A program made the translations under genes and the position numbers. The notes below the pieces were generated by a model. It was not told the DNA's origin. It saw only the letters and a list, made by a program, of their open reading frames with translations, and did no database searches. Source: Eledone cirrhosa (Eukaryota). From it: 64,000 nucleotides of DNA. Each line of letters opens with the position of its first letter. Positions within the stretch are counted from its first letter, which is position 1. This document shows, piece by piece, positions 14,104 to 28,038 of the stretch. The stretch spans positions 35,588,001-35,652,000 of the forward strand of contig OZ024745.1 of the NCBI GenBank assembly GCA_964016885.1, read 5' to 3'.

Positions 14104-14775
14104 CAGGGGCAGAGAGAGAAATAGAGAAATAGAGGAAAATAGAGAGAGAGAGAAAGATTATAAGAGTAATAGATATAATAAGGGGTATATAAATACATTA
14201 TAGAGGGTATTTCTCTTGCGGCTAGGTGACAGACTCGCTCAGTTCAAAATACTAATTGTATAATTACTCCTATTTACTGATCTATTGGTTTCCACATCTC
14301 AGATGAGTGAGTGCATCATACATGCACACGCATACACATATACATAACCACACACGCTTGCAGATATATATATATATCCTTTACAAAAGAATACTTTAGG
14401 AACATTTACTGGCCATGCATAAATGAAATATTTTCAATCTGTTCAAATTATAAACCACCATCATATATATAATCGTATCATATCACAAAACTAACGCAAC
14501 TAAAGAAACATAATCACATTTGTAAATGCCTACGTAAAATATGTTTAATACTAAGTTGGTTAAAGCATGACATTTTTGTCTTATATTCGTCATAGTTATT
14601 CAACGTTGTTTTGTATAATAATTATTGGAAGTCAAATTGTATTTAATCAAATATGACTAAAATAGTCTTCCATTGTTTTGTTTAAAGGTTTGTTCATATT
14701 TTAAAAAAATATGATGTCTGTCGCAAATATTATTTAATAAAATAAAACTCCATTAAATAATATTTAGTTAGATGC

Positions 14776-14859
<84 letters not shown>

Positions 14860-14921
14860 TATAGGTATACATACAAACAAGCGTATATACACACGAGCAC
14901 ACACACATATATATATAAATA

Positions 14922-14985
14922 CGGGGTCTCCCAAACTTTGATCGTAATGCTGTTGAATTGTGTATACATTTTTTGAGACACCCTG
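14922..14985. mobile_element. Tiny Tc1/mariner-type MITE remnant
   Basis: TA|CGGGGTCTCCCAAA ... TTTTGAGACACCCTG|TA: imperfect CAGGGTGTCTCAAAA TIRs with TA flanks. Confidence 0.6.
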
Positions 14986-14993
14986 TATATTTA

Positions 14994-15183
<190 letters not shown>

Positions 15184-15663
15184 TAGTTAACTATTGATTT
15201 CCATTCTGTAGCTTGTATTGTTACTTTTGTTCTATTAAAACACAGGATAACTGTCATCTTGGAGTGAATATTTTAGATACATATACAATTTTTTGCTTCT
15301 TATTTGTTTTGCGAATATTTCGTATTCTGTAAACTACAACTCTGCAATATTCGTGTTTATATTTATTTGATACTGAAAGCAATACCTTTGACATATATTG
15401 TAATTGCCTCTAGCCTTTCAGTCTACGAAATTCTTATTATGATTTACTTAAGTTGTTGTTTGGGAAATATAGTGCGGCGAACCGATGGTGTCGTTAGTAC
15501 GTCGTATAGACTTCTTCGCGGTGAAGTATCAATATAAATGGTAGTGATTGATGTGTTAGTATATGGGCTCTGCTTGTCATGTCTATGTATATGTGTTTAC
15601 ATTGTTTCATGAAAATCACTGTGCAAATTTATTAAATATATGATATAACTAGAGAATTATATA

Positions 15664-15712
<49 letters not shown>

Positions 15713-18700
15713 GGTATATTATGCACCTATATTTCCCATTTCTGAACATTGATTGCCATTGGATGATGTTACATATTTATTCTATGGCTGTGAAATATTT
15801 GTATGTATTCTTAAACGATTTTTGGACAATTGAAAGCTAAATTCTTTATATAACGATGAGGGTTTATAGAAAAGTACCACTTCACAGCCTGCAAAAATTC
15901 CCTTTTCTTTTGTTGTATAAAATATCAGCACTTTTATGTGTTCTATGTAAACTAGGGTTATTATTTTTAAGGATAGATCGGTGAATCTTTAGTGCGCTAT
16001 TTGTAATTCGTGTAGCTTTGAGGAATATTTTCGTATTATTTCAGAACTCATTAAGTTAAATGCCTGTATGATGTTTAAGTAAATATTAATTCATATACGG
16101 AAACTTCAAAATTTACTTCAATGCTGCTTTCTTATAGTTTCATCATATATATAATAAATTCACACTTTGAATTTTATGAAAACAATATAACCAGCCATAG
16201 ACTTCACATCCATAAAATCTTTACTAACACACCAAGCAGTACCATTATGAAAATTGAATAATATGGGACGTAGATATTTCTTTAAGGGAAAATATAAAAT
16301 ATATCCAGAATGGGCTATGTAAGTGTTTACTGATCCGTGTACTCACATATCAAATATGCATCCTTTCATCTATATGAATACACTTGCAAATTATAATGCT
16401 TGACAAAAAGTATTTAAAGTCTGGCTTAACGAACAGTAAAACATGTAAAAATTGCAATAATAAAAGACGAATCATCTATCACAAACATATGAATATCTGA
16501 TTCAGTCACACACTTTCAAATTTAGCTAAGAGTCAATTATAGTTTAGAAACAAAGAACGTTTTGTCTCTACTTAAAATAACTCAATTGTTAGCCATATTT
16601 GATATTATCAAAATTGTCTAAACATAGAGGATATTAGTTGTACTACTTTCATAGAATACAAGAAGAATTATTTCATCCTCCAGTGGAGATATTCATTTCT
16701 GAATATTTTTATTTAATGGAAAGATTCTGTAGTAATTGTTATATTGAACGGAAGGAAATTGCTGGTGAATAATAAGTAGAATATTTTGTCTTTTATAAAG
16801 ATTTAGAAGTTGATATAGTAGATCAGTTTCATAGAACAGCCTCCGGGTATTCATATTCTTTGCAGGAAAAAATAAGCACATATTGAAGAATACTGAATAT
16901 CTTTGAATATGAAACAGATAGCAACAAATCTTAATAATGTGTTTATCATTTCATTTTTCAATGATAACCTTGTTAACTATGAGACATTTCTACTTTTCTT
17001 TATTAATCAAACATTACTCATAATACAATAGCTACATTGTATTTAAATATTATTACTTAGTCACATCAGAATATGTTTCGAAATCTTCGACTTAGTTGAA
17101 AGAATAGCATCCATTTCGTTCCTCCAAAACTGGTGGAGGAAAGAGACAAAATATACGACGAATCATTCTTATACATTGATCAGGGGATTCGACTTTATTA
17201 ACGTCATCCATTGATTTTAGGTAAGAATCTTTAAGTTAAGTTTAAAACATCTACATCATTATGGAAAAAAATAATTATATTACAAAGTCCGTTCCAATTT
17301 TGTTTTATTTCCGGAATTATTTGAAAATCATAGGTAGTGCCTTTTATTGGAAATATGGCAAAGAAATGGTTAACGAGCGTAATTTTTCAGTCTACCAAGC
17401 AAAATCAGATACAGTTTATCTGACCCAATTTGAACTACATAGGTGAATCTGTTGTAGGAGAAATTTGTCCAGACTGACGCGTATGAGCATTGAACATGGA
17501 AAGAGCAATATTTATTGCGACGGAAATATCTTAATAATTGAGTCACGCAAGCACACACGTATTACTTTCTAACTTATGAAAATTGATTCTGACAATTTAG
17601 TGGAATGGAAATAATTACAAATATATAAGTTATGGTATTTAAATTGCTTTATTTCAATTCAAGTTATTGTTCTGAACTATATCCATACAATATCAGGCAT
17701 GTACAAAGAATACTGCCAGATCTTTGCATATTTTCTTAAAATAGTAAGTCATCTGGTATTAGAGGAGTTTCAAAACAGGGCGCTTCTGTAACAAGGAAAG
17801 ATATACTACAATAAGTGGAGCTACACATTACATTTAATAATATTGTTAACACATCTGGACTAAGCAGACTGAAGTTGCTATCCACATATGAGACAAATGT
17901 TTTATTCAAATCAGCCTACATTCCTACATATAGAGCCTCCATTTGTGCATAATTATAATCGGTTTCATTGCTGTTTAAGCCAAGACGATACCCTGTTGAA
18001 TTCATTTATGATCAAAACACGCATTCGTATGTATATCGACGCTTACGCATCTAATATGTCCTTTCCGTTGTTTTCAAATTAGCGTGTAATTTAAAAGAGA
18101 AGTGGTTGCAATTTCTAAATAGATAAACCATTTCAAGTGTTGTCAGTGATTCACTAACACGTTATTAAACGCCCTTATTTCCATCTGCTTCAGTCTCACA
18201 GTATATATCTAAAATGCAAACATGTAAACTTAATCTTCGTTTACATTTCATTCACATCAAGGATACTTTTAGGAATATTAAAAGCATACAGCACACTATT
18301 GGTACTAAATTTTGCAGTAGCTGTAACTAAATTCTGCAGGCATCTGTTCGAGTCTGTAAGAACAATGCTATACAGTGCCTATTATACAAACATTGCATGT
18401 AATATTTACGAGTAAATCAACTTGCTAGAAATAGTAGGCAAACATTTCTCAAACCATATCCAACTCTGTAAAGAAGGCATGTATTAACCAAAATAGTTGA
18501 AGATATACAAACTGTGTGTTGGTTACTGCATATGTTTGAGTATAGGTCAATTCAACGAGTTTACATCTTTCTGCTCTCATACACACACATGTATATATAT
18601 ACCCATAAATAGATGAAGACACACATACACACACGCGTATATATATATATATTTGTATATACCAGTTTAAGTGGTAGAGATATTAATAATTAGGCATGTT

Positions 18701-19061
18701 TTCCTGAACAATTGCCGATAATCAAAACAACGAACGGTGTTCAAGTTTAAATTGCATCATCGTTTCACTCTTTAACATTGAGCAATGTTTCCCCCAAATA
18801 GTAACATCTATATAAAAAATACAGAATTATATATAAAAGCTGTTGAAAAGAGAACAATATAGAAAAGTTGAATTAAGATCGTAAATTTGATTTCAAACTT
18901 AAACAGAAATGTGTCGCTCAAAGCATTATTATCATGAAAAAAATATCACTGCGGATACCAAGCTGTGAGATAGAAATGAAGTTGTCAAAACATATTTATG
19001 AAAACAGAATGAGAATACAGGTGACTATCAGATATCTACCCCCTCTATCTCTCACTCCTAG

Positions 19062-19215
<154 letters not shown>

Positions 19216-19625
19216 AATTTAATTAAGGGAGTCGTGTCCGAGACATGCGCCATATCCACCATAGAATAAGCCCAAAGATTCCAATGAATAGATCCGAGTA
19301 TTTTATATCAACTAGAAATTGATTGACATATATATATATTTAAAATAAACACATGAAACAATCACAGGGGATAATTTGTAAAGTTATATTTCTTTAATAG
19401 AATATATACAAGGAAGATTAACCATTTTTTAAAAGGTAATATTTGAAGATCTAGTTAAACTTTAAATGAATTAAATAATGAAATAAACATGTAGATATAC
19501 GCATAAACTAAAACTCCTGCATTCATTTGTGGACGTAATTAGGCATACACACACATGTGTATATATATATCTTTCTCTCTATACGAGTAATTATGGAATC
19601 TCTATATGTATATTTATAAATACAA

Positions 19626-19670
<45 letters not shown>

Positions 19671-20101
19671 AAGAGAGAAGAATAACATGGTTGGCTGTAC
19701 AAACAGTGTTTTATTTACAGTATTAACAATTTACTTGATTCTCCGATGTATCTATAAATACCAATGCCCTGTGTTACATCCCTCAGTATTGCGATGATCA
19801 GAGACGCACACTGTATTTAAGGTCGTGTGACACAATTTCTAGTTATTAGCGGCCTTTAGACTCATTTGATCAATGAAACAATTGTTGATACTGTAAATAA
19901 AACCCTTTTTGTACAGCCAACCATGCTATTCTTCACTGTTTCACTATTATTACTCCAAGAATCCCCTGCATAAGTATTCTCGTAAACTCACCACCGAACT
20001 TAGGAAACTTTTGTTGAGTCAAACAAGGCTGTACTTTAAAAGTATCCACAGTACAGAGTATCACACCTCTAACTGGATTACCTTAAACGGTAGCTTGTTA
20101 T

Positions 20102-20214
<113 letters not shown>

Positions 20215-20412
20215 TTATTTGGGTTTGTTGGTTCACCACTGGATAGAATTGGTCATTCCGTATGGTCAATCTCGATGTAATATTATGGAGAGTACTCAAC
20301 GTAATGCAGCTCACCCGTCGTCGTTTGTGTAGCTGGTGGTGCGAGTACGGAGTTAATTATTATAATAAAATAACAGAAGGCTGGACTTGTGTAAATCCTT
20401 GGAAGGTTTATT

Positions 20413-20470
20413 ATACTATGATCATTTCAATGACCGGGTTCCGTATGAATCCGGTGATATCATCAGGTAT
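20413..20470 (-). ncRNA. Minimal type I hammerhead ribozyme
   Basis: Minus strand ATAC-CTGATGA-[tatcACCGG attc atacg gaac CCGGTcatt]-GAAA-TGATCA-TA-GTAT then AATAAA; palindromic stem III ATGATCAT; base of stem II mismatched. Confidence 0.75.
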
Positions 20471-22243
20471 TCGAAATATAACAAAGGAATATAACAGATA
20501 AAATCCATGGTGCTAAAGATCATAGACAAGAGGACGACCGACCATCTAGCATCTTCTACTTTAGTCGGTCGCTCTCAAGTGTTGGCTATTCGGTCTACTT
20601 ATAACCATCTGGTGAGGGGGCGAAAGCTTATAATATGCTACTACCTCCCAGTCAAAGAGAAAAAAGAAGAAAGATAGAAAGAAGAAAAGTCAGCGTTAAG
20701 GTCATGCTACAATAAGGCTAGAAATTGCCGCGAAAAATGTTTTCCAAAAAACCTATATCTTAACAGAGGCATATATAGTGGGCGTCTGTATGGTATAACA
20801 GATAATTGGAACGTTAAACTTATGTTTAGAGTTATAGGATGAAATAAAAAAAATTAAGAAATTAAAAAAAGTTTAAGGTTTGGGTTGCGAGATTTAGTTA
20901 AAGAATTTACAGAGAGTGTCTTTTATGAAAAAGTGTAAGTGTATTATAGAGATTCTCGATAAGTTTTCAGGGTGGGATATAGAGTAAAGATTAAGCCCTT
21001 GTTTAGCAGTCAATAACACGCGACGACTGCACTCTCCGGCCAGCCCTTCCTAACCACGTGTCAGCCGTTCCGAGTAATATCGTCTAGCGAAAGAGATGGA
21101 AATTAATTTTTCCGAGTACTCCAGGAATGTAAATGTCTTAGGCTTCGGGTGTGTTAGCGGAAAGTCTGCCATCGCCGTCAGGCCATCGCTATACCAAACG
21201 ATTACTATTAATTCACACAGGAGGGGAATTTGTTTACGTGCCAGTAGAGGGAGGCATGATACAGCTAATAGTTATGATTAGGCTTAGAATTTTTAGGTAC
21301 TATATGGCGGTCAAAACCGGTGGCGCGGCGGGCCCCGGGACGAAGCTATCCGCTCCGAGTAATTTCATTTACCGAAAGAAGAGGGAATTTATTTTTCCAA
21401 GCACTCAAGGAAGGCACCAGAGCTCCAGGCGAGCAGCCGGGAAAAGCGCCACATCAGTCGGATCATCGCGTGTAACCAACGATTGTTATATATTCACACC
21501 CGTGATGTGAGGTTGAAAGTGATAAAAACCCGATGAAATGCGCAAATAGACTATATTTAAGTCCCCAGTTAGTCCGGGTTATAAGTAGTGTGGTTCTTTG
21601 GTGGGGAGGGGGAAATATAAGGGTACAGAGAGTAATATTCTAGTATCGTGTGCTAATGAGTACAATGATAAGTACATAATGAGAGTAAAGCGATTAAAAA
21701 TCTAAATAAAAGGAACAATAAGCAAAAGTACATAAATAAATAAAAGCAGAATACAAAGATAAAAATACATTAATAAAAATACATTAATAAAGTAAAAATA
21801 CATAAATAAAACGCCGTCATAGCTAGGGTGGTGATGGAGTAAAACGGAAGTATATAAGAACATATCGGAGAAATCAAAACACAGGGGAAATACAATATAT
21901 ATCAAGTTGCAGTTAGATAATACATATAGATATAGAGGATGGACAAGATGGAATGGTATCAGGTGATACCTAGTGTATGTTCGAGTCTCAGAATTCAGTG
22001 TGAATCACAAAGCCCTGAAGTATAGGGTAGAGAATTCAGTCACTATAATACAGGTTATAGTATAAACCGTAGAATTTTGTCGCAGTCTGAATATTCCCGA
22101 CAGGGAAGCAGCATTAGACCAGGTGGGCGGTAGACAAAGAACAGAGTAGCCAAAATCCAAATGGTGAGTAGATCAGTCATTCCCATGCTAGTGATAGCTG
22201 TACACTGGAGTCAGTGCAGCTGTTCATTATTACATCTGAAAGC

Positions 22244-22347
22244 CGAGGTTGACTTTGCCTTTCATCCTTACGGGGTCGATAAAATAAAGTACCAGTAATG
22301 CACTGGTGATAATTGCTGGCCTTGTGCCTAAAGTAGAAACAATTATT
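22244..22347 (+). mobile_element. 5'-truncated SINE A with 18 bp TSD
   Basis: ATTATTACATCTGAAAGC at 22226-22243 and 22342-22359. Confidence 0.9.
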
Positions 22348-22522
22348 ACATCTGAAAGCGCTCAACATTTCTGGAGCATTATTTATTTAGGTTTGTTGGT
22401 TCACCACTGGATAGAATTGGTCATTCCGTATGGTCAATCTCGATGTAATATTATGGAGAGTACTCAACGTAATGCAGCTCACCCGTCTTCGTAAATCCAA
22501 CCCCTTATATATATATATATAT

Positions 22523-22798
22523 AAGGGGTTGGATTTAGACCTTGGGGGGCTCGAGGAACTTCAGGTTTCGGGGACCTCTCAACACAAACGATTAGAATAA
22601 ACAGCAAACCCACCTTCCATATAAATTTACCTCAGCGCAAGTAATTGGAATTGAAATGCTATACATGCAGGTATTAAATTCAAAATTCTAACGATGCGAG
22701 AGCTAAAAAACGAGCTGAGTGCGCAAATAAATTGTTTCGGCCGTCGCATGGGGCCCGAAACAATTGACCGCTTTGCCTCCCCATTTAATCCGGCCCTG
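22523..22798. mobile_element. hAT-like MITE
   Basis: Right end AATCCGGCCCTG (reverse complement CAGGGCCGGATT); left end AAGGGGTTGGATTTA is degenerate; TA-repeat flanks. Confidence 0.5.
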
Positions 22799-22815
22799 TA
22801 TATATATATAAACAG

Positions 22816-22854
<39 letters not shown>

Positions 22855-22863
22855 TATATATGT

Positions 22864-22977
22864 GTTTTTTGAAATATCCAGTTCTGCGTTTACAGATTGA
22901 CTTTGTTAGTTTCAGAAGATCACGTTAAGGGTGAAAGCAGCGATTCTTTGCTTAAACTTTAATCTGTTATTTAATAA

Positions 22978-22980
<3 letters not shown>
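22864..22980 (+). repeat. Dispersed repeat fragment, family of 41266-41520
   Basis: TTTTTTGAAATATCCAGTTCTGCG...CTTAAACTTTAATCTGTTAT is the reverse complement of 41345-41458. Confidence 0.85.
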
Positions 22981-23064
<84 letters not shown>

Positions 23065-23358
23065 TATGTATGTATGTATATATACTACGTCTGGTTCTAT
23101 AATGTATTGCTTTATATACCACAGTCTTGTTTATCAGTCTGAGGTAGTATTCTCTCTTGTTTTCTTTCCTTTCACGTTCATGTTTGCCAGAAATGACATC
23201 ACTGTAAACAACATCTCTCACGTAATCATTATTAAATAAATAGTGGCTCAGATCATTGCAGTAACAATTGTTTACATCTCGAAACTATTCTCTGCTTTCT
23301 TGTGAAATTATCTATATTTGGTAGACAGATATCAACTATTTTTAAAATGTTCCTACAA

Positions 23359-23364
23359 AACAAG

Positions 23365-23404
<40 letters not shown>

Positions 23405-23436
23405 CCAACAACAACAACAACAACAACTACAACAAC

Positions 23437-23490
<54 letters not shown>
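23359..23490. repeat. (CAA)n(TAA)n microsatellite at the 3' junction of the Tx1 element
   Basis: Directly visible. Confidence 0.95.
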
Positions 23491-23492
<2 letters not shown>

Positions 23493-26400
23493 TTTCATTT
23501 ATTAACCACAAGGGCCGACATGTAGGAGACAATACAAAGGCAGGGACAATGGTGGTTTACAATAAGGTCGAGTAAAAGTGCACAGTGGCAAGACTAATTT
23601 AACAATGAAGATATAAAAATATAAAATAAACTATGCATAAATATAAAAAAATAAATTCCCCTATAGAGGATGGACGACCCAGGGGTGACTCAGGCACCCC
23701 ACCAATCCTGAACCACCCTGCGCTTCTAGGGCACCCAGGGAGAGCACTCCTCTCCTCAAGTTAGCTAGCTTATAGGCGCATGGTCAGAGTAGGCCCATTC
23801 ACATGGACCATTCTCGCCCCATTCATCCACCTCTTAGCAAATGTACTAGGGGGCAGCACTTCTCTCTCCACCCTCACCTTCCTTTCCAGGCGAAACTTGA
23901 AGAAGTTGATGAGGGATTGGCCGAAGAGAAAAGTGTCTCTCTTCAGTCCTTTTAATCTAGTCCACCATATAACCTCTTTGGCAACGGCCACCGGACAGAG
24001 GAAAATTGCCTGCTCTTCCTGACCTAAGGAAGGCGGCGGGTCAATCTTCCCTATGAACTCAGCCGATATCCGGATCCCTCCACACGTGACAGTAGCTGTT
24101 CGACATAATTCCACAAGTCAGTAATGCACGGACATTGGACAAGTGCGTGCAGAACGGTTTCGTCGCTCTGTGCGCATCTTGGGTAGGTCCGTCTGAGAGC
24201 ACTTCCGTGCCTGTAGAGTTTATCCCACTGGTCGCATTGCACGCTTGGTAGAGGGCAGTGAGTGATGGCAACATTCCAGGTGCCAGTCACCCAGTATCGG
24301 TCTCTTCTTGACCCAGGACTGCAGTTCAGTCAAAGAAACGAGCTGTGGAAAGGCCCGTCTGATAAACGGCGACCACACCTGTTCACCATTTAGGCAGAAT
24401 ATTGGAGATATCGGAGCCTCAGCGCATATCTGCGCATCATTAGCCACGGCATGCCCATCCCTCCGCGTAGAGGGTGCTGGCAGCAGATGGACCGCCTCAC
24501 CAACGGAACTTGTCCTTTCCACAACAATTTGAAGAGGAGCCGTTCCAACTTGCCGAGGGGCGGACGGGGGCAAGGCATGACGGTCAGGTGGTAGTAGATG
24601 ATAGACGCGATGTACTCGTTCGCCACCTCCGCGCGACCTTTCAGTGATAGCTTCCTCCCAGTCCATTTTTGGGTGAGACTGGCTACTCTGCTCGTTACAT
24701 TGTCCCAATCTTTCCACCTGGAGGTCTGGTCCGAATCAACTCCGAGCAACTTTACCGGTCCGTCCGTCCAGCGCCCCACGACGATGTTGGACAGCATAGG
24801 CTTGCCTCTTCAGATTCCGTGCTGCAAGCCCACCGACTTTTCCGGGTTAAGTTTGGCTCCTGTCAACCTTTCATATTCCTTCAATAAGGTGCCGACCACC
24901 TCGATTTCTGAGGTGTCCGACACCATCACGGTGATGTCGACACCGCCTTTGCACGTCCTGGTTCGAGTGGGATGCCCTGCAACAGCTCCAGCTTCCGCAG
25001 TAAAGGCTCGAGAGTCAATACGTACAGAAGGGAAGAGAGAAGGCACCCTTGACGGACCGATAGGGAGAGCCGAAATGGTTCCGAGAGGTGGCCATTAACC
25101 TTGACCTCCGAGCGTGTGCCGCTGTGCATTGCAGCAATCCGGCTTGTGAAGACAGGGCTGAAGTCAATTGCTTTGAGGACAAACTCCAGATACCGATGGT
25201 CGACTCTATCGAATGCTTTCGATTGATCTAAATTGATCAGTGCCCCACCGAAGCCAGGTTTACACCCTACCCTTTCTATGATGTATCGCATGAGATTGTC
25301 GTGTATGGACCTGGCTGGGATTGCACAAGTTTGCGCCTCCCCAACCAAATCCGCGACGACAAGCGCCAATCTCTTTGCTAACACCTTTGCCAACATCTTA
25401 AACTCTGTGTTGAGCAGAGTTATGGGCCTGAAGTTGTCTAATGTATCCCTCTTGTTCTCGTCTTTCCTTATCAGCGTCACCACTGCCCTACTCACAGAAC
25501 TGGGAGTACTCCCATTCTGCTGCCAGTTGCTGTAGAGTGTTTCTAGGAGATCGGAGAACAAGTCTGGCATATTTACGTAAAGCTCATAGGGCAGGCCATC
25601 CAAACCGGGTGACTTGCGCCTCATGCAGTCGACAAGGCCGTCCTGAATTTCGGCTGAAATAATCGCCCTTTCGCAGCGCTCAACGTCGACCCTCGATATG
25701 CGCGGCAAGCCGTCAAGGTGGGGACTGAGATCCGCTACTCTCTCTGACTCGCCACTCTCCCCGAACAACCGGGCAAAGTGCTGGCGAAAGGCCTCACACA
25801 TCCGCTTGGAATCGTTTATCTCGTGTCCGTCTCGGTCCGCCAAAGACCGAATTGTGGTTTTATTACCACGTTGCGCCTCCGCCACGCGGGCCCATCGAAC
25901 AGCTTTGGTTCCCTCGTTTCTCAACGCACGCGCCTTAGCTCTGACAATGCAACCTTCGTGTTTCACATAGAAGAAATGGTCTAATGCCATTCTCGCCGCT
26001 AGCACGTCAGTTGTAATGCCACTACAAATAGCATCGTCTAACTTATCTACCAGCTCCCCCGCTTTCTATTTTTCTCTAACGCTAGTTCTTTGCTGAACTC
26101 TATCGAAGTTACTCTAATCTCTCTTTTAAGAGCCCCCCCCCCCCACCATCTGTTGTTGATGATCCCCCTGTCAACCTTTGCTTAACTAAATTGTTGACTC
26201 GGTCCCTGTAAGCCTTACGTGCCGGAAATGACATGTTCAGCTTCCAGTAATCCGGTCCCAACCTACGCGTTTTATCTAGGTCGACTAAACAGATCACAAA
26301 TTTGTGATCTGAATAGGCGACCGTTTTAAAAATGGGCAGCGTACACTATTTCTATCTATTTTCCTAATAAAGATCCTGTCTATATACGATCCAGATGACC

Positions 26401-27390
26401 CTATGCGGTTGGTCCACGTCCACACTGGCGCATTGGGGAAATCTAGTCGATACCTGTCAGACAGTTGGAACTGGCTGATTAGGTGTTTGAGGCTTTTGCA
26501 CCCCCGCTCCTATCAGCTACGCTCACACAATCCCAGCGTACGTCTAAGATGCCGTTCCAGTCCCCCGCTAACAGTAGAGAGCGAAACGTACCCAGAAAGG
26601 TTTCCAGGCGCCTAAAGAAGTCTGGTCGTCCGATCCCTGTAGGGGCGTAGACGACCAGCACTCTAAAGGCACCATCTTCGCTACTGCTCACATCCAGGAC
26701 CACCAACTTACCGTCCGGGTCCCGGAAAATCGACCTTACCTCGAGATCCAGACCTTTTCTAAACAGCACTGCCACCCCACCTCCCATTCCCGGCCTACTA
26801 ACAGATGCGAAGATCTGATAGTCGTCGAAAATGGGGGCTAGTGCGCGTGTGTCAGAAATCCTGGTCTCGCTGACGGCAATCACATCCATTTCCAGAGACC
26901 TGAGGTCGTTGAGCAGGTGGCCCTACTTCTAGCGTGACCCCAGGCCGCGAACATTTAAACTTCCTACTCTTAATATGGCCGTGTTGGCAAGCTAAAAGAG
27001 AGAGGGAAGGTTTACCTACCTCCCGGGGTCTTGTGAAGGTCGGGTGGTTCGACCTCCATGGTTGGTGGGGTTTCTTTTGGGAACCCTTTTAAAAGTCTTG
27101 ATATGGGTTTCACATTCGGGGTCCCCACGTGTTGAGGAAAACTCTCTCGAATTTCTTTGTAGGAATTGAGGGACATTCGCACCAGAAGCAAATCTTCTGG
27201 CTCGCAAAAGGTGTTCAGTTCAAAGATCTCCCCCTCTGTTTGGATGTCCTCACTTCGTGCTAAGAGGGCCATCAATTTATCGTTGGCCCTTCTGACAAGC
27301 ACGAAGTTTTTAATGTTTTGTTGGTGTGGTTTTATTTGTTTTCGTTTTGGTGACTGTGGCGGTGATGGTTTTGGTGGTGTTGTTTCGGGA
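23491..27390 (-). mobile_element. 5'-truncated, disrupted Tx1-type (L1 clade) LINE: ORF1 C-terminus plus ORF2 (APE, RT, zinc finger)
   Basis: APE: GSLNVRGL, AVSET, VYAP, AGDWN, WKLN. RT: KSPGLDGLPYE, FRPITLLN, NLDQSKAFDRVDH, SVRQGCLLS. C-terminal ETVLHALVQC. ORF2 start appears mutated to ACG near 26981. Ends AATAAATGAAATC-(ATT)n. Confidence 0.92.
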
Positions 27391-27417
27391 TAATAATAAT
27401 AATAAAAATAATAATAA

Positions 27418-27758
27418 TGCCCATTCGACACGAGAGTGCAAAAGAAGGAGAGGGAGAAAATTAACCGATACCAGGACTTAAAGTGGGAGGTAAAAAGGAT
27501 TTGGAACTGCCATGAAGTCAAAGTGGTCCCGATTGTCATAGGCGCACTAGGTACTATCTCAAAAAGTTTCCAGGGATGGTTAAAGAAAATTGGCCCCTTC
27601 ACGCTTTTTGGAACGCTTCAAAAGGCATGCTTGCTGGGAACAGGAAGAACTCTCCGATACGTCCTGAATATCTGACGCTGCAGGTAGTGGCTTGATATTC
27701 ATTTCAACAAACTTTCCAGTTAACTAACATCAATGACTGAGACTCAAGGAATAACAAC

Positions 27759-27807
<49 letters not shown>
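27418..27807 (+). mobile_element. 5'-truncated R4/Dong 3' end, same family as 9590-12670
   Basis: Near-identical to 12275-12670 (CPFDTRVQ..KINRYQDLKWE..LRYVLNI* plus 3' UTR); (TAA)n on both sides. Confidence 0.93.
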
Positions 27808-27808
<1 letters not shown>

Positions 27809-28038
27809 GAAGAAGAAGAATAAGAAGAAGAGGGGGGGGAGAAGAATGAGAAGAAGAAGAAGAAGAAGAAGAAGAAGAAGAAGAAGAAGAAGAAAAGAAG
27901 AAGAAGAAGAAGAAGAAGAAGAAGAAGAAGAAGAAGAAGAAAAGAAGAAGGAAAGAAGAAGACGAAAAGAAGAAGAAGAAGAAGAAGAAGAAGAAGAAGA
28001 AGAAGAAGAAGAAGAAGAAGAAGAAAAAGAAGAAGAAA
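27808..28038. repeat. (GAA)n microsatellite
   Basis: Directly visible. Confidence 0.95.

Noticed and set aside
21096-21510. Short ORFs in the GC-richer interior of the 20213-22492 element
   Set aside because: No recognisable motifs; length compatible with chance
22905-22950. CAGAAGA-hairpin-GAAA hammerhead-like motif (also 41375-41415, minus)
   Set aside because: Both copies have A at invariant U4 and no stem I can form
26992-27015. GT...polypyrimidine-AG between Tx1 ORF1 and ORF2 as an intron
   Set aside because: Only about 24 nt, too short for a normal spliceosomal intron; more simply the inter-ORF spacer
27012-27602. 196 aa minus-strand ORF as one gene
   Set aside because: Chimera of antisense R4, a TAA tract and the Tx1 ORF1 C-terminus
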